Assembly (NCBI RefSeq): GCF_009914755.1 | Contig: NC_060930.1 | Strand: one strand, 5' to 3' | Source of the DNA: the human T2T-CHM13v2.0 reference genome, Homo sapiens | Length of the DNA: 64,000 nt | Shown here: positions 1 through 15,486 of the stretch, piece by piece | How the letters are laid out: each line of letters opens with the position of its first letter | Numbering within the stretch: the stretch's first letter is position 1 | The notes under the pieces: model-generated | Database searches by the model: none | Told to the model about the DNA's origin: nothing | What the model saw: only the letters and a program-made list of their open reading frames with translations | Made by a program: the position numbers and the translations under genes

Positions 1-1827
1 CCACTTGAAATCGGATCATTTTATTTAAAAATAAAAAATGTTAATGCCAGTTGGCCTACTATAAAAAGCCAGGACCATGTTAGAATTAGGAAAAGTAACC
101 AGCATTACTGCACCTCTTGTTAGACTCTGTGCATTAATAAAACACACCTAGAGTCTGTTGTCATTTCACTAATAGGATAAGACAAATTTTTTGCTTTGAA
201 AAAATTTTTCTGCATGCCCAGGTGTCTGTCTCTGGCTGAGGTTTTGTCTATTTTACAGTGTTTCAATCCAGCCATAAAAATTAACTTGTGATTTTTTTTT
301 TCCCAAAGTCATGCTTTTCCTTAATTATATTTTTATTTTATTATTTTAGTGTCTTGAGAAAAATACCAAGAGATATAATGTTTCTTTTAATTGTCTATGC
401 TTAATCATCTTTAAACACTTTTTAAATTTCTAACCACAAGACCTCTCTATAATGGTAAATGTAAGACATCACCATTTTATCACTCAAAGTATGTTATTGA
501 AAGTTTCTATTTGGTTGATAAAAGGAACAATTTTTTCCCACTTTTGATGCCTGTGATGCAATTTTTTATTGCCTACAATGAGATACACTTAGTACAAAAA
601 ATGAAAATCTGGTATTTCAAAATTGCATTTCTTGTATAATAGGTCAGATTTATTAACTACTCATACTTTTTCTTTACACTAATCGATACATTTAGAAAAA
701 ATTTTCTAAGTTAGAGACAAGTTTAAAAGTAAAAAAAAAAAAAAATTAGCCACTGCTAGTCTACTGTTTAGGTAATCGGAATCACCAATTATTTTATTAG
801 AATGATGGCTTGAGTAAAAAGCTGTGGAAAGAATTAAAGGATTATGAGCTAAGCTGTATTTTGCAGAATATGGTTCTATTTTAGTAGAGCAGAGATGAGA
901 CATATCCCCACCGGCCACCCAGCCAGAGGTCTCCTACCTGGGGGCCCTAAAGGGATGCAGAGGTCTGGCCCACCCTCCGTGCATAGGCACCTCTGTCCAC
1001 CACCAGCGTTTCAGCAATCCAACCAGTAAGCATATGCTGTATAGGAAAAATAAAAGTGTGTGGGAATTGGATTTCTTTTGTTGTAACACAATTCCAGGTT
1101 TTTGGCTATTTAAAGTTTGACATTAGGCTGACATCGAGGAAGTAAGTGGGTTTTCCTGAGTTCCCAAGATATGATTAAGGAAGAAAACAAACCCATCTCC
1201 AGGAAGATCCCAGGCAGGAAAGAACTAGACAGATGTAGAAACCAAAGTGACCATTTTAGTTTTTTTATTGGAGAATAAAACATTAATATTAGGGTATTAA
1301 GAAGATGCTCAGCAAGCTTGATCAGAATCTTCATGGTCATTACCAATCAGTCTGACAAAATAGTTCTCTGGTAGTCAGCATTCATTTAAGGCAGCTTGCC
1401 TGATAATTTCCTGTGTTATGTGAAGTGTCTTGCACTTTCACATGTTAGCTATAATTCCTTAAATTACTTAACTGAAATCTGTAATAGAGAACCATTTTGG
1501 CATTTGAACAGCTATTTTACATGGAGAAAAAGCAAACACATCTGTTTGCTTTACCCAGAAAAACTGACTTTCTGGTTTCATCTTCATATTGTTTAGTAGC
1601 ATAATGAGAGTAGTCCTTTATCTTTCTCTAATGTTAGTAAATATATTCTGTTAGTAGGAAGTTCTGAAATTGAAGGGAAAATATATTTAAGGAAATAAAG
1701 GAATTCAATACACCCTTCAAAAGTCACCAAATACTGAAAATAAGAGATGAGTCCTTAAAACCTGAGTCAAAAAAGGTCCAGTTTTACAGCCTGCAATTAA
1801 TTCAGGGCTGCGTTGGCATTAAAAAAG

Positions 1828-1830
<3 letters not shown>

Positions 1831-1880
<50 letters not shown>
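1831..1880. repeat. (AT)25 microsatellite
   Basis: Perfect AT dinucleotide run, followed by a degenerate tail. Confidence 0.97.
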
Positions 1881-1886
<6 letters not shown>

Positions 1887-2537
1887 TATATATACAGTAG
1901 CTTACACTTAAAAGAGGAAAAATTTGCATTAACATTGCATATTCTGATATGTACCATATTAACACATAACAGGCATTTTATTTATGCTTCATAGAATCAG
2001 ACAGACACAACTTTCAAAAATCTTACTGTATTCACAATAGAAAAGGGTAGTCTTGTCTACCACAGAGGAGTATGTCCACACTTAATAATGAAAACTTTCT
2101 TCCTTTCCTGCCCAAAAATTTCTTCAGTCTGTTATTATTTTTAAGTGCCCCTTGCTGCAAATTTCAAACAGAGCAAGAAATCTTCCTCAGAGTAGGTGGT
2201 ATGAAATTAAACTAGTACAATATATATGAATTCATGTCATTTACCCCTGAGTATGGTAGAATTGTTAAAGCATTCTTAAATTCCAATTATATGAAGCCTA
2301 TCATTACTAGGAAAAGTATATTCTTTGGGATAAGAATTAATTTCTTCACACTATTAGAGCATGTTGTGAGTAGTAAGGAACTACTTAGATGCAATTTATT
2401 TACAGAATTGTCCCTTGACCTCTTGAAATGGCTAGATCTTTCACTACTGTGTAGGTAGTCTCTACTTACTGGTAGGATAGATTACATTGCTTTACTGGAC
2501 AAAGCAGAATGAACTTATATAACTAAAATATGTCCTA

Positions 2538-2929
<392 letters not shown>

Positions 2930-3391
2930 CTAGAGAAAGTACATGCCCAGTTAGTTCAAACCCAGGTTTCAAAGAAGTAGCACTGGGCTCTACTGTAAAG
3001 GCAGGCAGTGACCAAGAGGTGGTGGGGAGAGAGGTAGAGTACCCTCAAATCATTCCCATTTTCACTTCCAATTTCCCTTTTGTAATCATTAAGCTTAAGC
3101 TATGTATGGAAATGCAAAGCACCATTAGCATTTCTAGAAAGCAGCTGGAACCTTACCCACCAATGCTTTTTTGAAGACAGTATCATCCCAAATTTAAAAA
3201 TCCTATTGTATATGTTGTAAAATTTCTGGCAAAGAAATGGAGGATCCTGTGGCAGCTATTCCCACCTAAAGCCAACCCTATAAGGATGGGTCATTTTTTA
3301 GCCATGCTAGGATTTACTGCACACACAAAAAATGTCATTTAGCTTGTCACATTGCTAGCACAGCTGCACATATGAGCAAAGCACTGTTGGT

Positions 3392-3610
3392 CTGTGTTTC
3401 TCAGTGGGGGTACTCTTGGCATTTGGAGCTGGATAGGTCTTTGCTGTACAGAATCATCCCATGCATTGCCAGATGTTTAATATCCCAGGCCCCTGCTGAC
3501 TAAATGTCAGTAGCATTCTCAGTCATTGTAAACACCAAGAATAAAAAGCATTCCCCCAGGTTCAAATGCCCTCCCTGGGAGGTTGGTATCACCTCCCCTG
3601 AATGCCACTG
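3392..3610. mobile_element. hAT-Charlie-type MER fossil (MER20/MER117-like)
   Basis: Degenerate CAGTGTTTCTCA...CCACTG-type termini and a body resembling remembered Charlie MITE consensus. Confidence 0.5.
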
Positions 3611-5486
3611 TCTACTGCATTTTGAGGACACAGGGAGAAAAAGTGCCTATCCTCAAACATTGTCTCTGCTGCCTTGCATTTCTTTGGGCCCTGAATGGTT
3701 TTTCTCCCTTCATTTTTCGAGCCTTTCTCTCAGTGCAGCTGTTCTTCAGGGAGGAGGTTACTGGGCAGCCTTGGCCATTCAGTGGGCATGGGGACTTGGC
3801 CTAGTCCCTATATATATATACTTAAAGTCCCTATATATACTTAAAGGAGAGATCATACATGAAGAAAGCTTTTTTTTTTTTTTTTTTTTTTGCCTTACAA
3901 CTTTTCTTTAGAACCACATTATTGGTCATAATCCTTGTTACTGTCATGAGGATTGTTGCATGGGTTAAACACAAACACAGACTAGCAATGCACTTGAACA
4001 AACCTGGTGGTCTTTGGAAATAAATCACCATTAGATTTCACCTGGTTATGCTGCATCCCATAAGTTCCAAATGAATCACCTGCTTATCCTATTAACGAAG
4101 CATTTAATTCACACACAAATGCTTGAATTTCCCCTGTATAAATGTAGTCATGCGATTCAACTTTTCTAATAAGATTTGTGAATGCTGCATCATGATGAAA
4201 ATGTGGATTAACTGTGGGTTGCATGCCTGTTGTTCATACTTCAGTGATGGTCACACACAAAACAAGATGAGTTTTACTTAGGTGAAACATTATTAAACTG
4301 TACTAACAATACAGAAACATATTCTCTTTGTCGCTTTTTATCACCAAAACTGAATGGCAAATATGTCTTGACATTACTTGGATGAACTGTGGCTAGCAAA
4401 ATGGAATTAACTTAGCCACTATAATTTTTTAAAACATTAAAGTTTCTAAATTGTTTTTGGGGCCGAGTAACGCAGAGTCAATAAAGGTGGTTATATTGTA
4501 AGCTTTTAGATGGTGCTTAAGAATTCTTATCTTTTTAAATAGCAGTATTTTTTTTTTAAGAATAAATTGTAAGGAGCAAATAAGGCAGAATGCCACTCTA
4601 CCCTCAGGTCAATTTTATGGTATATGAAAATGCCAGTAATATTTGTGCCACTTGCCAACTCGGGGGAGGAGGGGCTTTTCCCTTACTGGATACTTTTGTT
4701 ATAGTTTGACTATGTCATTATGTTGTTTAGAGAGCCTCCACAATGAGAAGTTGCCACTGCAGGGCTAACTCGCCTTCAGAAATAATCAGAATGATTCAAG
4801 GGTCAAACCACTTTCATCCCTTAAAATATAGGGACTAATATTTCTTTTTCTTTTTTTTAAAAAAAACATTTCTTCTGTGGCTTAGAAATGTGCCAGTGTG
4901 TTCAAAACATTTACACCAATTTCACCAGATTTAGGACCTATTAAAAATTCAAACAAGTTTCTTTTTTTTTTTTTTTTTTCTGTGTAACAGGGATTTTTAA
5001 ATAACGGACTATATGCATTCTTTTGTTATTTCACACTTCAGTTAAAGTGATAACAATGGTAAACTGTGATCATTATCAGACTGACTGAATGCTTTCTGAT
5101 TTCCAGTGAGTGATCTAGTTCTACGTATTACACAGGTGTAATATCTGTGAGTGTAAATAACTGGAACTGTACACTGATTAACATGACAGTTTCTCTTTTG
5201 TTGTTCTTATCTGTACTGTATTATAGTATGTGGGTATAAATATCTACAAGTATACACACATATGTACTTGTATTCCACTATTGTAACCTGAAAGAAAGAC
5301 TATGTATTCCCTTTTTTAATTCCGTACTGGTATTTGTGTTATTTAAAAAGCAAAATTCTGCTCTATTTAGTTGTATAATATTAGAGGATACTTTGCTGTG
5401 CACAATTCCAAGTGCCTTAGAACATTGTTTAGCTTTCCTAAGTATATATAAATGCATATATGTATAAAATTGGGAAAAGTTACCTC

Positions 5487-5492
5487 AATAAA
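5487..5492 (+). terminator. Polyadenylation signal AATAAA
   Basis: Canonical hexamer followed by a GT/T-rich tract at about 5511-5540. Confidence 0.55.
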
Positions 5493-5845
5493 ATCATTGG
5501 GAAATCCCCAGTTTTAGTTTGTTCCAGTTTCTCTTATATTTGGATAGTGCTCAGCCTTTTTAAATGAAAAAAGAAAAAAGAGTAAGACAACTTCCCTAAT
5601 TGCCTGTTATTTCAGCTTCACCTAAGTTTTTAACACCTCTTTGTATGTAAGGTCTTGAGACATGTAAGGCCTGGTACTTTTTATTTAAAATGTCTGTCTA
5701 AAGAATTACTGCTCTTAAAAGAAACTTCCAGTATTTTTTTTAACTTGCTATCTTTTTATGTCTGAGGTATTTGATATTGATGTTTTTATTGCCATTATTA
5801 TATGTAAACATAAAAGATAGTCCATTTAGAGTTTATAATATAGAA

Positions 5846-5851
5846 AATAAA
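5846..5851 (+). terminator. Distal polyadenylation signal AATAAA
   Basis: Canonical hexamer near the end of the UTR-like tract. Confidence 0.5.
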
Positions 5852-6354
5852 CAGACTTCCTCATTATGCTTGCTATTTAATGTATTACAAGCAAGGAGTG
5901 AGGTTGGGAGCATATTTTGACCATGAAAAGAATTGGAATATACTTTTTGTGACTTTCAACATCAGTTACAAATAGTAACTTTACCTCCCCGCACTCCAGG
6001 ACAAGGTCAAAGATGTAAGGGGAAACTTGAAAGCAACGTGCTTGCTGGTATCCTAGACAGAAGACCGGAGGATTGGAACCAAAAAATTAAAAAGTAGGTT
6101 TGAAAAATTTGTCCGAAGCATGCTATTGAAAACGAGAGGTACATCTTCAAGGCAGGCATAGTAGTTGTTGCAATTCTATTTCTTTCTCAGACAAAACCAA
6201 GTTCTACATAGAAACATTACTGTCTAAAACCCAATGGAGGTAAGAAATGGGCAATTTTTCATTTTACACAATGCTATGGTGACCTCTGATTTATTGTAAT
6301 TTAACTATTCAATGAAAAAATAAAAATTAAAAAATTGAAACATAAATTTTAAAA

Positions 6355-6495
6355 GGCCAGGTGCAGTGGCTCATGACTGTAATTCCAGCACTTTGGGAGG
6401 CCAAGGCGGGAAGACTGCTTGAGCCCAAGAGTTTGAGACCAGCCTGGGCAACACAGTGAAACCCCATCTCTATAAAAAATAAAAATAGAAAAACA
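6355..6495 (+). mobile_element. Alu monomer (FLAM/AluJ left arm)
   Basis: GGCCAGGTGCAGTGGCTCA head, single arm, A-rich tail. Confidence 0.9.
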
Positions 6496-7012
6496 AATGA
6501 ACTAGTCATGAGCCTCAATTCAAACTTCTGCATGGAGTTGCTGCTATGAGCACTGCTGCCCACAGACACCCAAGTCCTCACTTAGTTTGTGAATTTTAAA
6601 CTCTTTGCTCTTTAAAGGGTGGTCTCTAATAGTGGAACACGTAAAATCTAGAGATAGGCTAAGAACCTAAAGTTCGTGTGAAGATTTTTTTGCTCTTTTG
6701 TTAAAAAGAGACACCATTTCTAAGGATTTGAATTAAAAAAAAAGCTGCAGATGTTAGCTTTTTGAAATTAGATGAATATCATAGGGAAGAGAGAAGTAGC
6801 ATTTTCAGTGCTTGTCTACTCAATGATTTGATTTCGGATGGACTTTTTGACCTTGGTTGTCCCAGGTCAGACAAACTAGAGAAGCGGGTATTTAACATAA
6901 GGCAAGAATTTGCCTCTAATTTTTCAGGTAGCAGTATGCAGCAAACTGAGCTGCAAAATCTTTTCCCACAGTCAGTCCTTGTTTTTTTGTGTGTGGTTTT
7001 TTTGGTTTTTTG

Positions 7013-7331
7013 GTTTTTGTTTTTTTTTTTTTTTTTTGGAGACAGGGTCTTGCTCTGTCACACAGGCTGGAGTACAGTGGCACAGTCATGGCTCACGGCA
7101 TCCTGGAACTCCGGGGCTCAAGCCGTCCTCCTGCCTCAGCCTCCAAAATAGCTGGGACTACAGGCATGCTCCACCATGCCTGGCTAATTCTTTTTTTGTT
7201 GTTTTTTGTATTTTTTGTAGAGATGGGGCTCTCTTTGTTGTCCCAGCTAGTTTTGAACTCCTGGACTCAAGCAATCCTCCCACCTCAACCTCCCAAAGTA
7301 CTGGGATCACTGGCATGAGCCACCGTGCCCA
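7013..7331 (-). mobile_element. Alu (AluJ-like)
   Basis: T tract followed by GAGACAGGGTCTTGCTCTGTC...; antisense dimer. Confidence 0.93.
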
Positions 7332-7443
7332 AATGGCATTAATCTTCCTAAAGCACACTCTTATCTAATTCCTGCTTAGAATTGTCCAGTACCTGCTGAA
7401 TAACTCCCAGGTGCTTTAATCTAGCCCTCAAGAGCTGTAGTTA

Positions 7444-7721
<278 letters not shown>

Positions 7722-8647
7722 TCTATAGTCTAACCACATGCCACAGTTCCAGATTACACTCCTTTATTTCACACTTGGACCAAATCAAATGAAACTCATT
7801 GTTCCCCAAGTATGTGATGCACTCTTTGCAAATCACAACTTTGATTAAGCCATTCCCTCCAACTGGAGCTTTTTATGTGTTAATATCCAACTCATCCTTC
7901 TGGGAACAATGCAAATGTCTTCTCTAGCTATTCCATTATAGTTTCTTTAAAGTTTTTCTTGAAATAGCATATATAAATTCGGCAGATTTTATTTTCTGTA
8001 TAATCATTTCAAATGCCCAAATGTGACTATAACAAGCATTTAACAACACTTTTAAATCTAATGCATTATATATGCAGTAAATCTACTTTTCTTAGATATT
8101 TCAGTATTATTTACAAATGTAGAAATGTTCTTATACTCTTTAATTTTACAAGTCTAAAATTAGTTACATAGTTTAAGTTGGAATTGCATGGCCAATAAGT
8201 CAGATTCTACAATATTCCAGTTTTTTTTAAATTGTAAGTGCTTTAATACCAAGTACATATAGATTATCTTAATAATTATAAAATATAATTAAATGTAACA
8301 CAAAAGTATTATCTTGACTTTGATTTAATATCCATATTTAATTCCCGGGCTTGTAGAAACAGATACTAAGAAAACAGATTTTAAAACCTCAAGCAAACTG
8401 ATTACTAGATTGACAATTCACTATTTGCTTAATGGGGAAAAAAAAATCCACGACTGATAAATGCGTCCTAAGCGTTACATACTTCTGGGAAGAATCTACT
8501 TCAACCACAGGGACATACTCGGAACCAGTTTTCAATCCTTATATCGTTAGAGGGTCTCCAAATTCACAGCCTTCAGAAATAATTGGTTTTGTTATACCTG
8601 ATTCAAACTGCATCCTAAAAAGTTCTTTGATAGGTAGAAGGAAGTTT

Positions 8648-8945
8648 GGCTGGCACAGTGGTTCCTGCCTATAACCCCAGTGCTTTGTGAGGCCAAAGCA
8701 GGAGGATTGCCTGAGTCCAGAAGTTTGAGACCAGCCTGGGCAACATAGCAAGACCCTGACTCTACAAATAATTTAAAAAGTTAGCCAAGCCTGGTGGCGT
8801 ACCTATAGTCCCAGCCACTTGGTAGGCTGAGGCAGGGAGATTGCTTGAACCTAGGCGGTCAAGGCTGCAGTGAGCTATGGTCACAACACTGCACTCTCGC
8901 CTGGGTGACAGAGTGAGACCCTTTCTCTAAAAGAAAAAAGAAAAC
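8648..8945 (+). mobile_element. Alu (AluJ-like)
   Basis: Sense dimer with GGTCAAGGCTGCAGTGAGCTATG and an A-rich tail. Confidence 0.92.
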
Positions 8946-9089
8946 AAGATGTAGAAAAGTAGAAGGAACTCTCAAGTTGCAGTTAATTTCCTTCAACAAT
9001 CTTTCACTGGCCTACTTGAGACTTTGCATTTTTTCCATATTCTCTCTCTCCAACTAGACATAATTTATTTAAATGACATTTAATTTTTA

Positions 9090-9221
9090 AAAAGCTTTCT
9101 TATAGAGACAGAGGTCTCACTAGGTTACCCAGGCTGGTCTCAAACAACTAGCCTCAAGCAATCCTTCCTCTTCGGCCTTCCAAAATGTTGGGATTACAAG
9201 CATGAGCCACCACACCCAGCC
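9090..9221 (-). mobile_element. Alu monomer (FLAM-like)
   Basis: Antisense left arm only. Confidence 0.85.
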
Positions 9222-9329
9222 ATGGCATCTAATTAGATTGCACATTTATCCCATACCAATGTCTAATCTAGATTTTTTCCTGTGACCAGAACTCTATAGT
9301 TGTGCTCAGAATGGCACAATTAAGTATTA

Positions 9330-10070
9330 AAGCTGAGCCAAAGATAGAAGCTGTAATGAGACTAAAGAGATAAACGAAGACTAAATCTTGAGGGTCCTTT
9401 GAAACCTTGTCAAAGAATTTAGAACTTATCCTTGAGACAATAGAGATTCACCAAAGTATTTTAAGCTCAGGGGTAACATCATCAGATTTGCCCTAATCAT
9501 CCTGGCCACAGTGGATTGGATTGAAGGAATGGATTAGATCGGAGGAAGCAATATTGGAAGCATGGTGGCCATTACTACTGCCATAATCTTGTTGGGAGGT
9601 GATGGTGGCCCCAAACAAGGTATTAACTATTGGAATGAAGAGACATAAACAGACTCAAAGGACAGTTATGAAGTGGAAATGATTGTTCCATATGGTAAAT
9701 GGAGGAGATGGAAAAGTTAAGATTATACCTATCATGTGACTGGCTTGAGCGGATGGTGGTGATGCCACTTGCTGAAATAGAAAACAGCAGCGCTGAGGCT
9801 GATGTGAGGCTAGATTGGAGGGCAGGGAAGAGCAAGAGAGCATAGGAAGTACAGAAAGGGGAGGCATTCAAATTTGGAAATGCAATTCAATTTGTTTGAA
9901 TTGCCTTCTGTTAGGACGTCCACATGTGGATAGATGTACAGTAGTCAGTTGGATATATGAGTCTGAAAGTCAGGAAAAAAGTCTGGGCTACAGATAGGAA
10001 GCTGAGAATCAGCAGCACGTGTAATGGAAGCTGTGGAAGTGGATAAACCTCTTCAACAGACAATGTAGCT
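9330..10070 (-). mobile_element. L2 LINE fragment
   Basis: Purine-rich degenerate sequence with L2-like motifs (e.g. TTGGATATATGAGTCTG); boundaries approximate. Confidence 0.55.
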
Positions 10071-11117
10071 TAAGACCATGAAGAAATTACTACAATAAAA
10101 ATCTAATAAACTATTCTCTCATTGCCGGGTTTTGTCTCCAAGGCTGCAAAATCAAATCATTTATTCATCATCTAAGTGCTTAGGATGTTTGTCTTAATTT
10201 TAATGAGTTTTATGGGATAGCTTAACTTTAAATAAAATGGAATACTACATTATGTAGGGGGGTAAGTTGTAAAGCAAAAATTATATTTAAAAATGCCTTA
10301 TATTGCTTGCACGTTGGTTCAATGTGCAAGCAAACAGATTCTCATGAAGTGAACCTGATTTGAAGCAAAGCTCGTGCCCCCTGACGCATCCTAGATACTG
10401 AAGGTCCTGTTTCAGGAAACGATCGTCCTGAAGTACAATGCAGTGAGGTGAATAACTACATTCAGCTGAGAAAACGACAGTAGCTCACGTTCATCAAATG
10501 CTTACTAGAAGCCAAGCACAGGTCCAAGTACTTCATACCCATCCTCTCATTTAATCCAACAACAACTCTGGAAGGTACGTATTAATATCATTCCCATTTT
10601 ACATTCAGGTAAGTAAACTGAGGTCCATTTAGCCCGAGTTGCATAATACGAATGAAACAAATGCCAGAGACTACTTCCAGCTAGTATACAATGCATACTA
10701 CTGTCATCAGTTAATATTGTAGGGGAAAATTTGTGCTTCGTGAGAAATGATGCATTGTAGAGACAAGCACACCTTTTGATTCTGATTTTATGAGGGTTCT
10801 GTGCCTCTCCTTATCTTTGAGCTATTTTACAACATTGTAAATTTCAGAAAGCTGACAGTCATGCAAAACAATTCTTGTCTCTAAACATCTACATAAATTC
10901 TGTCCAGTAGAGATTTCAACTCACTTCCCTCCCTCATCGTGGAAGAAGTAAGTTGTGTCTCCATTTGCACATTCTTCACAATATTCCTGCTCTATAAATG
11001 TTTCTGTTCTTTGGATTGTCCTTTGAACTAATTGTAACATCTTACTGGTTCCTTCATTAATCATGTGTAAAATAAGATCTTTAACATGTGCTCACTTTAT
11101 ATATGAGAGCCATGACA

Positions 11118-11375
11118 TTAAATCCTGCTATAAGGATTTAATGGGTAAATGTATGTAAAGCACTTTGAACAGTGCGATTATTATTGAGCCTTCAATATGC
11201 TAGGCCCTGAAGAAGTCAAGTCAGCAAGACAAAGATCCTTGCTTTTGAGTAGGTGACTGAAGTCTAGTTCTAGAGACAGATGAAAATAAGAATTTACAAC
11301 TTAGCATAACTGAGCAGGGTAGTGTGATCACAGGATACAGTGAGAACATTCGGGATGAGCCCCAGTTATGAAGAG
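11118..11375 (+). repeat. Local dispersed duplication A, copy 1 (MIR-tail/L2 junction)
   Basis: About 260 bp aligns base by base with 13339-13594. Confidence 0.92.
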
Positions 11376-11601
11376 CATTATCGTTCAACAATATTTATTG
11401 AACCAAATTATATTAGTGCCTCTTTCCTTTTATTTTTAAGTATTGCTACTTTATATATACATATAAAACCAAATGTAATACTTTAAGTCTTCACTCTAAT
11501 CACATAAACATTGAAGAAATATCTCATATAGACACTGAAAGTTCCCTGCAATCCCATCCCAGCTCTTTGTGAATAATCGTTGTTGACAATTTGGTGCATA
11601 G

Positions 11602-11938
<337 letters not shown>

Positions 11939-11998
11939 TGCACTATGATATTTCTTTGTAACATATTTTTCTTTTTTCATACATTTTTAACAAAAAGA

Positions 11999-12120
11999 AG
12001 CCAGGCACAGTGATGTGCTTATAGTCCCAGCTACTTGGGAGGCTGAGGCAAGAGGATCAATTGAGGCCAGGAGCTTGAAACCAGCTTGGGCAACATAGCA
12101 AGACCCCATCTCAAAAACAC
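11999..12120 (+). mobile_element. Alu monomer fragment
   Basis: Single-arm Alu sequence ending CCCCATCTCAAAAA. Confidence 0.8.
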
Positions 12121-12382
12121 AAAACTTGATCTAAATTAAACCAGCATCACAGTAGCTCGTTGTATGAATGGTTGGTTGGTTTGTTTGTTTGTTTTAATTA
12201 ATCCTTTACTAACGAAATTTTTCTTTTTTTAAGATATAGAGTCTTGCTATGTTGCCTAGGCTGGACTCAAACTCCTGGGCACCACAACGGGCTCACTAAT
12301 GAAATTTTAATTGTTTTATTTTTACCAGCAGCGTTACATTGAACATCCTGGTACATCCATTTTGCTGCACTTTTCCTTTTTA

Positions 12383-12737
<355 letters not shown>

Positions 12738-13338
12738 TTATAACTCCTAGAAGTTACTGCTTCAGGTTCTAATTAGTTTTCTCGGCACTTCTGTGTACAT
12801 TGGCTTCCTGGTGCTTGGGACTCCTTGAGTGATGTTGACGGAAGAGGGAGAACCAGTGAATGTGATATGAATGCGAATAAAACCATAATTTCAATGGCTT
12901 AGTTCCATATAAAAAATTTTTAAAAACTTATTCAAAGCCTAGACTAAGCCAGAAATTCTGTTTAATCACTTTAACATGGACACCAGTAATTAGAGCATAC
13001 TAAAAGAGTAGAAGTATTGCTTGAATTTATTATCATTACTATAATATTTCAATTATTTTTGCTTTCACTGGAGGCGAATAACATTTTTCTACATTAAGAC
13101 AGCACTCGGAACAGTCTCTGACACATATAAGCTCATGTTATATGTTGGAGTATTTTGTAACAAGGTGGTTTTCTGAAACGGGGTGTACAGTACTGTAATG
13201 GTAGGGTGTGACTCCGAAGCTACAACTGAGTTCACATTCTGGCTTCCTCACTTATGGACTTTGTACCCTGGGGCAAAAGTCACTTAACTTTCTGTTCTGT
13301 AATCTCTGCTGAGTAGAAAAGGGTAATTGCATGTCTAC

Positions 13339-13594
13339 TTAAATCTGCTATAAGGATTTAATGAGTAAATGTAGGTAAAATACTTGGAACAGTGCAATTA
13401 TTATTGAGCCTTTACTATGCTAGGCCCTAAAGACGTTCAAGTCAGCAAGACAAGGATCCTTGCTTTTGAGTAGGTGACTGCAGTCTGGTTCTAGAGATAG
13501 ATGAAAATAAGAATTCACAATTCAGCATAACTGAGTAGAGTAGTGTGTACAGGATACAGTGAGAACATTCGGAATGATCCCCAGTTTTGAAGAG
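13339..13594 (+). repeat. Local dispersed duplication A, copy 2 (probable donor)
   Basis: Matches 11118-11375 and is preceded by a MIR-like body at about 13180-13340. Confidence 0.92.
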
Positions 13595-13624
13595 TATGAA
13601 AATGTTTCCTAGAGGCAGAGATGG

Positions 13625-14140
13625 TGTAGGGTCCCTCAGAGCCCCCCACTTTCTTTCTGTGTCCTGACTAACATAGAGTGCCTCGACCACTCTGTGACCT
13701 GGCCAGCTGCATGGGTTTTTTTTTTCCCCCTGTAGGCTTAAAGTTAAGCCTGGGCCTTGAACATTCCCAGGCACTGATAAAGTTGTGTAGGCTATTGCTT
13801 CAAACACTGAAAGATCAAAATATGTTACTAAACACATAGAAACTAGCCCCAGCCCTAAGCCAAATTCCCTAAACCCTCACAAACTCCATAACCTGACTTC
13901 TCACTGCTGGCATACCTACGTAGAAACATCTCTTTTCGCCCTGTCCACTTAAGCACTCTGTATGTAACTTCTCTAATAAATGCTTTGGACTGATCACCCC
14001 AGCGTTTATTGCTTCTTTCTTTGGAATTCTGTCCAGCCCCATCTCGGGATGGTTTGGGGCAGTCCTTCACAGGAATTCCCCTCCTACCCCTTTTGGGTCA
14101 ACTTAGCTTCAGCTAGACTTGGGTTCAGCCAGAAAAAACA
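13625..14140 (+). mobile_element. Solo LTR (ERVL class, LTR47/MER73-like)
   Basis: TG...CA termini, perfect 5-bp TSD GATGG (13620-13624 and 14141-14145) and an internal AATAAA. Family name from memory. Confidence 0.8.
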
Positions 14141-14366
14141 GATGGCTAAACTAGGACTTGGCAAACAAGGAGAGGAGAGAAAGAAAGAGCCTTTTAGATG
14201 GGCAGGAGAGAGCCAATGTCTTTCAGGTACATTTGGGAACTGCACAGTTTCACAGGGCTGGATCATGAGTGGAATGTGGGGGAGTAAGGAGACATAGTGT
14301 TAAACTGATGGCTGGAGACCAGAAGATATAAAATCTTGGTTGCTCTGCAAAAATAGTTTATCCTGA

Positions 14367-14713
<347 letters not shown>

Positions 14714-15076
14714 TGACTTGAGTTTAAAATGATAAATTTGATAAAATGAATAACGAAGTGATACATGTGGATATTTAGAAAGCAGGATGAACAAAATTTG
14801 CTGGTTGACTGCCTCAGGGAGGTAGTATAGTATATGGATAAGGGAATGGCCTTCCTAAACAAGCCTGATGGACTACACTTCTAGGCTTTTCTACTTACTG
14901 TGTGACCTTAAGTAAATAACTTCAATTCTCTGAACCTCAGATTTCACATCTGCAAGATTGGTTTAGTGTCATTTAATTGTACTTCACTGGCTTGCTGAGG
15001 GAATTAGACATCATGAATAAAAAGTGCTTAGCACTGTGTGTTTAGTGTTTAGAATGACAAATATATAAAGTAAGCA

Positions 15077-15360
15077 GGCTGGCCACAGTGGCCTGTAATC
15101 CCAACACTTTGGAAGGCTGTGGTGAGAGGCTCACTTGAGTCCAGGCGTTCAAGACTAGTCTGGGCAACACAGTGAGACCCCTATCTCTACAAAAAATAAA
15201 AACATTAGCCGGGCATAGTGGCACACACCTGTGGTCCCAGCTACTCAGCAGGCTGAGGTTAGAGGATTGCTTGAGCCCAGGAGGTCAAGCTGCAGTGAGC
15301 CATGTTTACACCGCTGCACTCCAGCCTGGTTGACAGAGCAAGATCCTGTCTCAGAAAAAA
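15077..15360 (+). mobile_element. Alu (AluJ-like)
   Basis: Sense dimer with A tail. Confidence 0.92.
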
Positions 15361-15486
15361 CAAAGCAGAATATTACTCAGAAGAAAAAAACAAACAAGCA
15401 ACATGATTAGGTGGCCAGGCTCTAGTTAGGCTCCTTAGGTTTAAATCTCTGCTCTGCCATTTACTAGTGATATGACCTTAAGAAAG

